Positions 39,303 to 51,554 of a stretch of 64,000 nucleotides of DNA are shown here, one piece after another. Below the pieces are notes generated by a model that was given only the letters and a program-made list of their open reading frames with translations, had not been told where the DNA came from and searched no databases. The position numbers and the translations under genes were made by a program. This DNA is from Macrostomum lignano (lineage: Eukaryota), in the NCBI GenBank assembly GCA_002269645.1, contig NIVC01002451.1, forward strand, positions 108,437 to 172,436, in the 5' to 3' direction. How positions within the stretch are numbered: position 1 is the stretch's first letter; the number at the start of each line of letters is the position of its first letter.

Positions 39303-40018
39303 ATGGAGAGCTCCATGTCTGTGTGGCTGCTAGTTCAACTCTTCATCAACGTGGCATCCAGCTGTTCAAATCTATGCGCTGCCCACCTGTTCCTGCGGCT
39401 GTTCCGAGCGAACCGTGCCGCCTCGCTGCTCGGGCTGCTTCTTCTGTCAACCAGCGAGTTCGTGTTCGACCTCAGCCATCTGCTGTTCACGGTCAGCAAC
39501 TTGCTCGGCAGGGCCTGTGAGGACGAATCTAGCCCGGTTGGGAACTCAACCACCGCCGCTCCGGAGCTGGCGAGTGGCGTCCGTCTCTGGCTGTGCATCG
39601 GCGCCTTCGCTCCCTCCAACGCGTGCCTCTTCATCCGCAACTGGTGGATCACGCTGTTTACCATTGTGCGCTGCTTTGTAATTGTGTGGCCGTTCACCGC
39701 TCGGACAGTGTTCACTAAGAAACTCTACGCTCGGTGCTACGCCGCATGCGTCCTACTTGGCATCGTGTTCACCGCTCTGCGCGTCTGGACGGCATTCTCT
39801 TCGAATTCTCACCTGCTCCGTTTCGTTATGATTATCCAGGCACCGGTGCCCAGCCTGCTGGTGTTCGGCGCCAGCGTGCTCATGGTGGCCGACCTGGTGA
39901 AGATCCAGTGGTCCGCTTCGCGACGCCGTCGACTTCGTCGGCAGCAGCTGGTGGCCGCGGCTTCGCCATTGCTGGCACCGCACACGCCTCCGGAGCAGCA
40001 CGAACTGAACCCGTCAAG
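39303..40018 (+). CDS. Class A (rhodopsin-like) orphan/peptide-type GPCR, exon 1 (TM1-TM5)
   Basis: Five hydrophobic segments. The TM3 end IVRCFVIVWP is a DRY-equivalent. Basic ICL3 start. Donor AAG|GTGAG at 40019, phase 2. Confidence 0.8.
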
Positions 40019-40189
40019 GTGAGACACATTAATGGGTCTAGCTCAACCTATCCATTTTGCTAGTGGCAGGGCATTATAAGTGCTATCATGCCCACGCGTT
40101 CTACAGACTGTTTTCCACCGTAAATATTATAGAGACTTCGAGAAATACTTTGTGTTTCATGTCTTTCCCCTCCTTTTCGGCTTTTTAAG

Positions 40190-40784
40190 ACAGGAAATGG
40201 TTCAACGGCAGCAGCAGCAGCAGCACCAACAACAACAACAACAAAATCAACAACAACAACAACAACAACACCAGCAGCAGCAGCAGCAACAGCAGCGCCA
40301 GCAGCTAATGATTTGCCCGATGGAGCGGCCCCGAAGTCACTCGGTGATCTGGGAGGCGGCCCTCATAGACGATTCCAGACTGCGCAGCAACAGCCGCTGC
40401 TCGGAGCTCGGCACGCCGACTAAGAGAAAGAAGAAGCGAGACAGAAGTGCAGCCACAGCTACGGCGAGCGCGGACGGAGTTGACCAAGCGGCCAGCCGGG
40501 TCCTTCGCGCCACCATCACCATCGCCTCCGTGGCTGTGCTCTTTGTAGTACTGGAGACGCCGTGCAGTATTTTTGTATTCCTGGGCTTGGAAACGTCGCT
40601 AACTGAGCACATCAGCAATACGCTGATTGGCGTGGACTCGCTTCTGAACTTCGCCGTGTTTATGTGCACCAGCTGCACTTTCCGGGCCGAGTTCCTGGCG
40701 CTGTTTGGCTCGGGTCGATCGCGCCAAAACAGGCACACAAACAGCCAAAGAAATCGGGCAAGCGGATGCGCGACAGCCTACTAA
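40190..40784 (+). CDS. GPCR exon 2 (polyQ ICL3, TM6, TM7, helix 8)
   Basis: Acceptor TTTTTAAG|40190 restores the frame. Motifs: LFVVLETP (TM6), NFAVF (TM7), FRAEF (helix 8). Stop at 40784. Confidence 0.78.
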
Positions 40785-41506
40785 TAGTAGCACTCATTTC
40801 TGATATCAATGGATCTTGTGATTTTACACTGTATCTTCACATTTATGTTATTACTAGCTCCAACATTACTTGACTTAAACAAGCAGCTAGTCTGTACAGG
40901 CAGGCACATTTTCTCGATAATGAACAGATGACGTGGCATGCTTTGACAATCAATTTCAAGGATACGATTTACTTCTGAATTGAAGCCCAAAATAAATGCA
41001 TATCAATTATTCTTGTCATTAAGCTAGCTATATATCTAATGCTTCAAAGGTGGCAGGTGTTTAAAATTAATGCTTTTTGTCTCATAGATTCGTGCTTAGT
41101 TTAGCGGGCTGCTTGGTAGGTGCTCTGTGTGCCATTTCTCAGAATCACAGAGTTCAAAAATAGAATAAAATTCTGGAAAACTGTGCTCATCATTTTTTGA
41201 AAAATTCCATATATGGCCAGTAAAATGGGTCTATTTAGAGAGAGCGTGGCTGTAGTTGCACACACTGCAAAAAGTGTTTGAATTTGCCTGTGTATCATTG
41301 GAAGCAATCAGTGGCAGAAGGGACCTTCATAACGATAGCAACACCGTTCATAAAATTTAAAATACAAGCCATACGGTACTGACATCAAGGACGGAATTCT
41401 AATTAAACTTTTAAGTAATCCCAAAGTAAAACAATGCAGCATACAGCGATAATTATAAATATGATCTCTTAAAAATCAGTTCTTTAGTAATTCGAGTCTG
41501 CTTCGC

Positions 41507-41872
41507 TCACTGCTTTTTTTGCCCAACGACCGGCAGAAATTTCTCCGCCTCTGCAGGCGGCGCAACCGCCTGGTCAGTCCGGTTCGCCGTCTGCCGCCTC
41601 GGTGGCGCCTCGTCCATCGCCAGATCGTCGGCCTCGTCTCTTTTATCAATCTCGTCAGCGTCGTCGTCGACAACGCCGCAGCATTTCTGGCGCACCAGCC
41701 GGACTGCCAGCCACAGTAGCAGCGGCAGCGGCGTGAAAGTCAAGGCCGCGACCGGGCCGACAAGGCTCAAGTCAGCGTCCGGCTGCGGCAGCGACGTCTG
41801 CAGCATGAGAATCGGCAGGCCGGCGTTCTGGATCATCGTCTCTAGCCCGATTGTGACAACTCGCCGATAGCC
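41507..41872 (-). CDS. SLC10A: SLC10 Na+/bile-acid symporter family, exon 4 of 4
   Basis: Acceptor CCTAACACCACCATCCGGCAG|41872. Reads GYRRVVTIGLETMIQNAGL... with the conserved E-x-x-x-Q-N Na+ site. Stop at 41507. Confidence 0.92.
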   Translation of the reverse strand, partial: GYRRVVTIGLETMIQNAGLPILMLQTSLPQPDADLSLVGPVAALTFTPLPLLLWLAVRLVRQKCCGVVDDDADEIDKRDEADDLAMDEAPPRRQTANRTDQAVAPPAEAEKFLPVVGQKKQ

Positions 41873-42239
41873 CTGCCGGATGGTGGTGTTAGGAAGGTCA
41901 AATATCACAGACTCAGGGGAGCTGGATCGCTTGAACAACCTCCTAAGTTCTTCTGGTCGAAGACGTCGCGAATTTTTTCATATTATAGTTCAACTAGCAT
42001 GCCGTCCGTGAATGGTTTTAGCCATTGGCTGTGGCAAAATATCCATGGACAATGGAGACATGCAGAGGTATCAATTTAGGCTCGCACACACTGCTATCAA
42101 GACAGACCAGAATGTGCATTAGCTGGTATCTCAGGGTAGAGCAGTTCAGCAGTAAACGCGTCTAATTTTCACGCCGCCACCCCTGTTTCATTTCGGGCGT
42201 GGTGCACGAAAATTGGTCGAGGGGTTGTCGTGCGATTCA

Positions 42240-42370
42240 CAGCCATGAGATGAGGGCCAGCCCCCAAGGCACAGTGAAGTGTACATGCCTGACGATTAGA
42301 CAGTCAGTGCCGCTGTACACCCTGTGTGAGCGTGTGTACGAGTGCGTGCCTGAGTACAGTATTGGCTCAT
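42240..42370 (+). mobile_element. Partial copy of the SINE family (SLC10 intron 3)
   Basis: GCACAGTGAAGTGTACATGCCT...GCCGCTGTACAC is shared with the reverse complement of 62340-62400. Confidence 0.6.
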
Positions 42371-42600
42371 GAGTTATTTGTGCTCAAGAGTCTGCGGTCA
42401 AGCGGCCAAGGGGACCCACAACCTTTCTGCAAATAGTTATAGCTTCACGTAGCCTTGATCAGTCGTAATTCTGGGTGAGATTTTCTTGTTACGAGCTAAT
42501 TTGATGGCAGTGTGTGCGAGTAGACATTTTCAGCATTGTCCAACTGCCAACTAGATGAACATTAGTTAAAAGATTTTCTGAATCATGAAAGGCACCGAAC

Positions 42601-42944
42601 CTGGCAGAACACTGTAGCCATCAGTGCGCCAAAGATGAAGCCGAGATAGGGCAGGCAGCATCCGGCCAGAATCATAGCCGGCGTGAACAGCTTCAAGATG
42701 TAGGCGTTGGCGTAGAACCCAACGGTGAACATGAACAGGATGAAGCAGATCAGCATCGGTTTCAGGATGCGCCGGATGAACCTGTCCAGCCTGGGCAGTT
42801 GGCGTTGGATAGCGAATCCAATTGCGGTTGGCACTATGATCAGGACCAGGGTGAGCAGGATACTCCAATACGGGATGCGGATGTTGATGTCCCGCGACTT
42901 CAGCACCTGCTGGCCGAGGGTGAATATGTACAACGGCACCATGC
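42601..42944 (-). CDS. SLC10A: SLC10 family transporter, exon 3 of 4
   Basis: Acceptor CACTAACCCGAACTTCATCCGAGCAG|42944. Reads GMVPLYIFTLG...IPYWSILLTLVLIIVPTAIG...LPYLGFIFG. Donor CAG|GTTCGG. Confidence 0.92.
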
Positions 42945-43243
42945 CTGCTCGGATGAAGTTCGGGTTAGTGAATCTTGGAGTTAATTGCACAGAAATCGTT
43001 CGTGCTTATCTATGCCAAACTAACAATAGTCTGTGCACTTTAAGACAGCCAAAAAATGTTTGTTATAGTTAGCCAAGGCGTGTTGAAACGGGGTAAAATG
43101 CACGACAGCCCCTGAGAATATTGGGGTCAGCCCTTCAATAAATACTTCAATAAACTTCAATAAATAAAAAACTCGTATGCATATACTCGTAAGTATCTAT
43201 AGTTAATGTTTTTATAACTTGTATATTTCGAAAGTAAAGCTTA

Positions 43244-43638
43244 GTCAGGGAAGCCTCTATGGTCGCTGCGCAGCCACTATAGAGGGGTTGCTTTCACAAC
43301 CGCGAAACTTCACAACCGCTAAATCACCTACTTTCACAACCGCGAAACTTCACAACCGCGAAACTTCACAACCGCTAAATCACCTACTTTCACAACCGCG
43401 AAACTTCACAACCGCGAAACTTCACAACCGCTAAATCACCTACTTTCACAACGCGAAACTTCACAACCGCAAAACTTCATAACCGCTAAAAAGACTGTTG
43501 TATATGAAAGTAAGTGCAAAAATTTTAGCGGTTGTGAAGTTTCGCGGTTATGAAGTTTCACGGTTGTGAAAGTAGATACATTTAGCGGTTGTGAAGTTTC
43601 GCATTTGTGAAACCCACCCCTATAGAGGCTTCCCTGAC
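43244..43638. mobile_element. Foldback-type MITE with TTA target duplication (PIF/Harbinger-like)
   Basis: TIR GTCAGGGAAGCCTCTAT ... ATAGAGGCTTCCCTGAC, flanked by TTA on both sides. Internal arrays of TTCACAACCGCGAAAC lie in opposite orientation on the two arms. Confidence 0.8.
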
Positions 43639-43783
43639 TTAGTACTGCTTAATAATGCTTAGTATCAGTTATTACTATTTTTTCGATTCACAAAATAAGG
43701 AGTTTTGGCCATACACAATTTCATTTCAATAGATTTCATTCTTACTTTCGTTCTACAGAGTGCTGGTGTGAAAATGTGGGGGG

Positions 43784-44267
43784 GGGGCTGACCCGTGGAT
43801 GAAGGAATAGAAGGGATCGCTCATCGGAAAGCGAGTCAAGGCTTCCTAAAAATTGGGATATCCCCCCATGAATTTCATTGCATAGCTGCTGGAATTTAAT
43901 AATAGCCCCCCCCCCTAAGTTCTTAATGACTGAAGATTGTACGCGGGGAAATTCACTATTAACGCGCGTGCTAGGCTGTAGCATTGACATAGATAACCTT
44001 TTCTCTTGTTTCAAATACTAAGTTCTTTCCTTAAACCGTCGTGGCCCAGAAGAACAAATCAGTTGTAGATTTCTAACGTTAATCGTGACTTTGGAATTTC
44101 CCCCACGTACAAGCTTCAGCCAGTAAGAACTTGGGGGAGACTATAATTAAATTCCAGAAGCCAATAAAATCATGGGGGGGGAATATCCCAATTTTTAGAA
44201 AGTCTTGGCCATAGACTCGCTTTCAGATGAGCGATCCTTTCTATTCCTTCATCCATGGGCTGACCCC
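43784..44267. mobile_element. Palindromic MITE-like element with imperfect arms of about 190 bp
   Basis: TGGATGAAGGAATAGAAGGGATCGCTCATC...CTAAAAATTGGGATAT (left) is mirrored at about 44080-44267. No TSD recognised. Confidence 0.7.
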
Positions 44268-45153
44268 GCTTTCTTCTGACTTTGCCATAGACATTCTCAG
44301 CGGGCCGTGAAACCGACTGAATGCTTTGGAGTAAATGGGATTTTACCATAGACAGTCTCAGCGGACCGTGAAACGCGGTCTCACGCGCGCTAACAATGAC
44401 ACAAATATGGATGGGCGGCAGAGGGCAGAAACGAACCATAACGCCGAGGCGCTAGGATGGTATATTCTGACATCTTTGCTTCTAGTAAACTGAGAACAAA
44501 ACGGAGAAAGCAGAAAATATAAGAGATAAGACCCATGGATCATCCCCCCGATTTGATTAGAGAAATTGCTTCTAGCGGAAGTTCAAAAGCTTAATTGATT
44601 AAAGCAACCGCATTTGGCGGTTGGATTTTTCTGACCATAATATCCCAGATTTTTAGCAGTGTTTACCAAGGCAGAACAGATTTCTACAACAAAACAACAT
44701 GAATTCATGTCATTACTTAGGGATATTAAAAACATCTTTTTGTATAAATAAAACAAAACGAATCTTTCTACATGTAGCAATTGAAGCGCACAATCGGACG
44801 AAACATTTTTGGGCTAAATGCGAACGGTTACAAAACAAAGAAACCAAACGCTTATGAGTTCCTACTAAAAGACTGCAAGTGGATTATTGAATTTTTCAAG
44901 TGAACTTTCGTGTGTTTTCAAAGGCTCCAGTACTTTCTAAAAATAATTGAAAACAGAGAAACAACAGCGATGCCCTAAAGAGCAGGTAATTTAGCAGGAT
45001 TGATGGGCCGCGGTTTGCACACGAGGCTTGAAAGCCTTGAACTCACGTTTTTCACTTATAAAGTTTTGAAAATTAAACTTCAAGCATCGAGCTTCGATTC
45101 TCGAAAACAGAAGATAATACCACTGCCACTGGCTTTGAGAAATTGAGTATAAT

Positions 45154-46015
45154 AGTTGGATTATATACACCTGGCTCTCTGAGTTGGATTATATACACCT
45201 GACTCTCTGAGTTGGATTATATACACCTGGCTCTCTGAGTTGGATTATATACACCTGGCTCTCTGAGTTGGATTATATACACCTGACTCTCTGAGTTGGA
45301 TTATATACACCTGGCTCTCTGAGTTGGATTATATACACCTGACTCTCTGAGTTGGATTATATACACCTGACTCTCTGAGTTGGATTATATACACCTGACT
45401 CTCTGAGTTGGATTATATACACCTGACTCTCTGAGTTGGATTATATACACCTGACTCTCTGAGTTGGATTATATACACCTGGCTCTCTGAGTTGGATTAT
45501 ATACACCTGACTCTCTGAGTTGGATTATATACACCTGACTCTCTGAGTTGGATTATATACACCTGACTCTCTGAGTTGGATTATATACACCTGGACTCTC
45601 TGAGTTGGATTATATACACCTGGACTCTCTGAGTTGGATTATATACACCTGACTCTCTGAGTTGGATTATACACCTGGCTCTCTGAGTTGGATTATATAC
45701 ACCTGGCTCTCTGAGTTGGATTATATACACCTGGACTCTCTGAGTTGGATTATATACACCTGGACTCTCTGAGTTGGATTATATACACCTGACTCTCTGA
45801 GTTGGATTATACACCTGGCTCTCTGAGTTGGATTATATACACCTGACTCTCTGAGTTGGATTATACACCTGGCTCTCTGAGTTGGATTATACACCTGGCT
45901 CTCTGAGTTGGATTATATACACCTGACTCTCTGAGTTGGATTATACACCTGGCTCTCTGAGTTGGATTATACACCTGACTCTCTGAGTTGGATTATATAC
46001 ACCTGACTCTCTGAG
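45154..46015 (+). repeat. 26-29-bp minisatellite (about 30 copies) in SLC10 intron 2
   Basis: Unit GAGTTGGATTATATACACCTG(A/G)CTCTCT. Confidence 0.97.
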
Positions 46016-46245
46016 TTGACATATACACCTGACTCTGAGTTTACATACACTGACTCTGAGTTTGACATACATCTGAGAGTTTGACATAAACCTGACTCAT
46101 ACATACTGACTCTGAGTTTGACATACATCTGACTCTGAGTTTGACATACATCTGACTCTGAGTTTGACATACATCTGACTCTGAGTTTGACATACATCTG
46201 ACTCTGAGTTTGACATACATCTGACTCTGAGTTTGACATACATCT
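46016..46245 (+). repeat. 23-bp minisatellite related to the adjacent 28-mer
   Basis: Unit CTGACTCTGAGTTTGACATACAT. Confidence 0.92.
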
Positions 46246-46401
46246 CTCTGATTTTAGCTCGATTGGAAACGCGGTTTATTGTTAATTTTATTATTACTTG
46301 TATAAATTGCCGTAGAAGTAACTTTTTTATCTGGTTTGGCCTATATTGTCTACTTGAACATGCAGTAGCACAGAGTGCGAATAATTCACTTGCTTGCTCA
46401 C

Positions 46402-46573
46402 CCAGCGCGGTAATGGTGCTAAGCAGCGTCATCGTGACGCTGAGCGATACGTCTCCGCCGAGTAGGAGGCAGTAAAAGTTGCTGGCGCCGCCTCCGGGAG
46501 AGCAGCCCATGCCGAAGTAGCCGAGAGCCGTGCTGGGCGGGATTTCAATCACTAGGAGGACGCAGTAGGATAT
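46402..46573 (-). CDS. SLC10A: SLC10 family transporter, exon 2 of 4
   Basis: Acceptor CTCCACAG|46573. Reads ISYCVLL...GCSPGGGASNFYCLLLGGDVSLSVTMT, the family signature. Donor G|GTGAG, phase 1. Confidence 0.93.
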
Positions 46574-47342
46574 CTGTGGAGTTTAAGTTTGATTCAAATG
46601 TAAATTTTCAATTAAGGATCACTGCAGTATCGTGTAATTTTTGGAGGCCAATTTCCAGGAAAAAGTACACTGCGGAAAAGTGAAAAAATCATTTTTATTC
46701 GCAAAATCACAAATTGCATTTGATCTGGGACATTGAAGATTACCATTTATTTAATTTAGCATGGACAAAATGCTACTCTGTTTAATTTTATATAGCTGTG
46801 TGGTGAAAGTCTCATTTTTATATTGTTTTCTTTTTATTTCATAAGCCCAAGTTGTAAATACTCACAAGTGGCGTTATAGTTAGCTTTTTGTTTTTGTTCC
46901 GTCTTGAATCAAGCATATTTGTAATAAAAATGTTAAATATTAAATAAGAATGGTACTCTTAAGTCATGACTCGTACATTGCAGGTATATTGTAAATTATA
47001 TGAAAATGAAACTTTCTCTACACAAGCTATTGAAGGCATCTGAAGGCTGCGTACGGCTGTTCAATCCAAGGACTGGAGGTCGCCACAGACACCCTCAATT
47101 ACCCCAGCTAATGCCAATGATGCAATTCAGAGAGTTAAATGTCTTTTTCAAGGGCACAAATTGTTCCAGTGCGATCGGGAATCGAACCACCGGCCTTTTA
47201 GTCGTCAGTCCGACGCTCCAATCACAGGCCTACAACCCCTTTAAACATCGTCCAAAAAAGGACAAGTAATCACATGCCAAACATTCCCGAGCTTGGCTAG
47301 GTCAACTCATGCAGAAACTCTTCAAAAAAGACACACGCATAC

Positions 47343-48140
47343 CATAGGCATGAAGAGAAACTGTGACACCAAGCCGATGACCGGGGCAACAGGCCGGCGC
47401 AGCACATTCTTCACCACCGTCAGGTCCATCTCGCAGCCGATCCCGATGCTAGCCACCAGCACAAAGATCCACACCACTACGCGGAAGATCTTGTCTACTA
47501 GGCGGAGATAGCGCACAACTGACACTCTGAACTTCAGCTCGGTGCCTTCGGCGGCTGTCAGGCGCTGCACAGCCGTACCATTGCTGCCAGCGGCCGGGGC
47601 GGTCAGCTCCAACTGTAGCTCCGTTCGACCCAGGAAGAGGCCTCGCAGCTGGAGCCGGTGGCCAAGCCGCGGATACGGCGGTGTTGGCTTCTCTGTCTCT
47701 GAGCTGGAATTGTCTCGCATCTTCTGCAGCCACCGGAGGACATCCGGCGAGGGCTGGTGATCTCGCTGGAGCATCAGCGCCCAGTTTTCCACTGGCAAGA
47801 GTTCTGCCACTTCAGGATCGGCTACTGAGAAGGTCGCATTGATATCCACTGCCGAGTTCAGCGAATAGTCAAATGTCAAGTTGACGGTTTGCCCTTCCAC
47901 TATGCTGTACAAGTTGGGTCCGGGAAAGAAGTACAAGGTTAGGTTGGCTGACGCGGTGTCCTGATCACTGCCGCCACTGGTATTGGCTGGCAGAAGACGC
48001 AAATTGTGCACAGACAGCTGCATTGTAGTCTTCTGCTCCCTAGCCAAGGAGAATGCCTGGACTACCGAGTAATTGCTGGAGCACAGGAAAGTGAAGAATA
48101 CCATTAGCGGAAAGTATCGATGCAGCGGGTGACTCAACAT
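47343..48140 (-). CDS. SLC10A: SLC10 family transporter, exon 1 of 4 (signal-like segment, long ectodomain, first TMs)
   Basis: 266 codons ending ...IGIGCEMDLTVVKNVLRRPVAPVIGLVSQFLFMPM. Donor ATG|GTATG. The joined protein is about 559 aa. Confidence 0.9.
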
Positions 48141-51100
48141 GCCGAACCGTTTGAAATCCTAGCTGCTGTGACTGCACTGTAGTGACTTTTAAGCTTAGTT
48201 TTGAGCTTACTCCCTGCAATATTAACTCGGAAACCATTTGAGCAGTATCATATGAAGGGAGACGCAGAATAGCGTTCAGAGTCGTCTTATCAGGGCGTGA
48301 AGGGTGAGCACTCCGCTATATTCAACTGAGCAGTGTATTCTGCTAGTAAAGAAGAGTGCTCTCAGATTAATTTGAAGCCGAAACAGAGAATAAGGGACTG
48401 TAAAAGCAGAACGTCACACAAAATCTGAATGTGATCTTATCTAAAATATTGAGAACTGAGAACATTTATAAGCACGAACTATTCTCTCGATAGCTACATG
48501 CATATGCACATGTTAGATTGACAAGCTTTTGGCTGCAGATGGAAGCCAGAAATTCACAACAACAACATGCAGCGACTCAGAGCGCGCGACTCAGAGCGTT
48601 TTGGCGTGAACGTAGACCGCTATACGGGCCGACCGAATCCAGCCCGAATTTAAACAATTAAGGCATTTATAGCGACTGACATCAATGGCTAAATGCTTAC
48701 ATAGGAGCAAAATAAGTGTTGAATGAGGCAATATTTCAGAGATATCGTGGAAACTTAACTATTTTATTTTCATTTCTGCAACAGGTATTCATCTGCTCAT
48801 TTTTTTTCCCGATCCCAAATCGAAGTTTTAGTTTTTTTTTCCAGAAGCTTAACTTTCACTATAGAGTTGGCCATGAAAATTTAACATTTTGTTTTGGTCA
48901 TAACTTTTTGAACGCCCTTCATTGGGATTTATGCCTAACCAAGGGGGGTCAAGACCCAAGAGGGTCAGAGAGGAGTGGGTGGGCACATACGTAGAAAAAT
49001 TGCTTGGTTAGTTTCTCACGTTTTTCCGATCCGGGTCTCTTCTAAAAGGGAGGCGCCCCCGGCCTGTTTGTGTCCCTGTGCCCAAACAGGAAACAATGCG
49101 CAAAATTGTTTTTGTTTTAAAAAAATTGTCATCTAGCTAGCACGTACCGCGCTTCTCGCAAGAACTATAGATTTACATGTAATTGACTGTAGGAGACTTA
49201 GTCGTGACTTGATGACGAATGGGAATAATGACTGTAATCTTAGAGTAGAGAAGCTGAGTGTTCCAAAGAGGAGGACTGCATGATATATGGTCGCAGGTAA
49301 GATGGTGTTACAACGTCTGCGTAAACCAAAGTCAGTCGAGTAAATTTCTTCAATTGGATCGGGTCGGAGCTCCTCCAAACCAAAAAACCCCAGGCTTTAC
49401 AACCGGTCCAGCTTCTTTTATTATTGTGTGCTTAATTCTATAGTAGTGTACATTATTTTAATTACTCTCTAAACTAGCTACTGCAGTACTTGCACATACA
49501 AACTAATCTACAATTAAGATGCCTTCTGAATACAGTATATTGATGCCCCAACACAAGTAACACGTTCAGGTTTCAATAGATCAAATTGACAAAACTGTCT
49601 TTAAATCATTATCTAACTGACAGATTATTTTGTCAATAACGGCGAAAAATACTTTCGCAGTGACCTTTCGTCTAAAGCTTGCCATTTCGGCGAACGATTT
49701 GTTGAGATTGATCCAAGCTCCTTCAAAGAGCGAATAGTTTTGTTGTTTTTGACAAAAGTCAAAATTAAAAACACAAACTTTAAAAAGATTTTTTATCGTC
49801 ATATTTTTTTTATTCTGTGGAAATTTTATTATTTGATTAGTAAAATGTTGTTTTATTTAGGGGCCGAATTCCGTTACGGCAGGGATTTCAGAGTACGATT
49901 TAGAACAGGACCTGAAAAACCACACTTAATCTTCCTAATCTTCCTGCATAACCAACATGAAAACTTAGACAACACCCCGTGTGTACCACGCTGCTTCTAC
50001 CCGTTCTTACTCCAATCGAATCCGTTGCGCCGGACCCCTCGAAGCTTACATGTTATTGCCTTTTGCTATATCTACTTTTTGCATGTTCCTGCCTATTTTA
50101 ATTTACAAATACCGGTTCAATTGCTACTGCATTACGCGTCTATTCGCATACCGTAAATACTTTAATTGCAAAAAAATAATGCCTACCTACATTTTTGTTT
50201 TAAACGCCCTATTTTGGTTATTTCCTTTTCAGAAGGATCTTCCATTTTTAAATTCCTATTATGTCATATTAGGCCAGCAATCTTAACATTCGATATTTAA
50301 TATTGACTAATTAATACCTATATAGTTATTTTAATCACCTTTTGGATGAATAGCTCTCCATCAATCTCATACAGTACTTGTTTTATAAATCCTTATTTAA
50401 ATACTTTTTCGTTTCGTCAGCCGGTAGAGTTTGTTTGAAGATTCGTAGAAAATTTTTAGCCGCTCTTTTAAATACTATATTTTTACAAAACTCGTATTTA
50501 TAGTTATACTAAATTTACCCTCCTGGCCTCCTCTTGAATTACTATTGTTCTCGTATTAAAAACATTGAATTATGCTGGCCAAACAGGCTTTTGTCTAAGC
50601 CAAACTTACTACTACTAGGCCTACTAGCTACTACTAATAGTAGTAATCCATCGATTGCTTGTACATAACATGGGTACATGGCTACCAGTACCATCTAAGT
50701 CGTGAGTTTTTTTAATTTTACAAACTGCAAATATGTGCAAGGTGGTTTTGAACCTTGCAAGGCGGAAGTCAATGAATAATTTTTGACATAATTTTTTAAA
50801 AGCTACAATCCCTAAAGTGGTATATTATACTGGCAATTATAAGTTATAACTTATAAGTAGCCTATCTTTTCACCAAACTGGTCAGTGGTCATTTTCTTTT
50901 TCCAAAATGCATATCCAATATACTAAAAATTCACTCTCTGAAGCATTTTTTGCCAAAAATTCCTTCGCTGAAATGGGCTACACTCCTAAATAGAACAAAG
51001 TCAATTTAATATATGACTGATTAATTTGAGGCATTAAAACTATATATTGTAGTCTCACTACTAGTTAGTAGCAAATTATATGTTATCCAGATAGACATGT

Positions 51101-51554
51101 ACTATACAATAAAGTTTCATATTTAAATCCCCTTTCCTATATTTCAATACTTTACCCTAGTTAACTTTTTACTCGATACTCATAGACCAATAGGTCAAAA
51201 TATTTCATTGTTTTTGCAGAAATGACTCCTAGCAGTAGGTTGCACTAGATGGCTACCTTTTTGTGCTAGGTGTGGTTTCCATACGATACAAAATCCTACT
51301 GCTATACCAAAGTTGTAACAGGGCTGATTCTTCCTTCTTAATAATATCCCACTGCTAGCACCAAAGTTGTTGTAGGGCTTATAAGTTATTTCTGTCCTTC
51401 AAATATCCCACTAATTGCCACCAGCTGTGACAGGTTTTTAATTTCCCTCTATAAAGTTTCTACTGCTGATACTAAATTCTGCCTTTAGTATTTCTAACTG
51501 TTTCTTAGAATTTCATTTGAATATACTGGTAGTGTCTTATATATTAGTCTGGTA

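Noticed and set aside
49581-49802. hAT-transposase-like phrase FRRKVTAKVFFAVIDKIICQL
   Set aside because: It is too short and is flanked by stops. It cannot be supported without a search.
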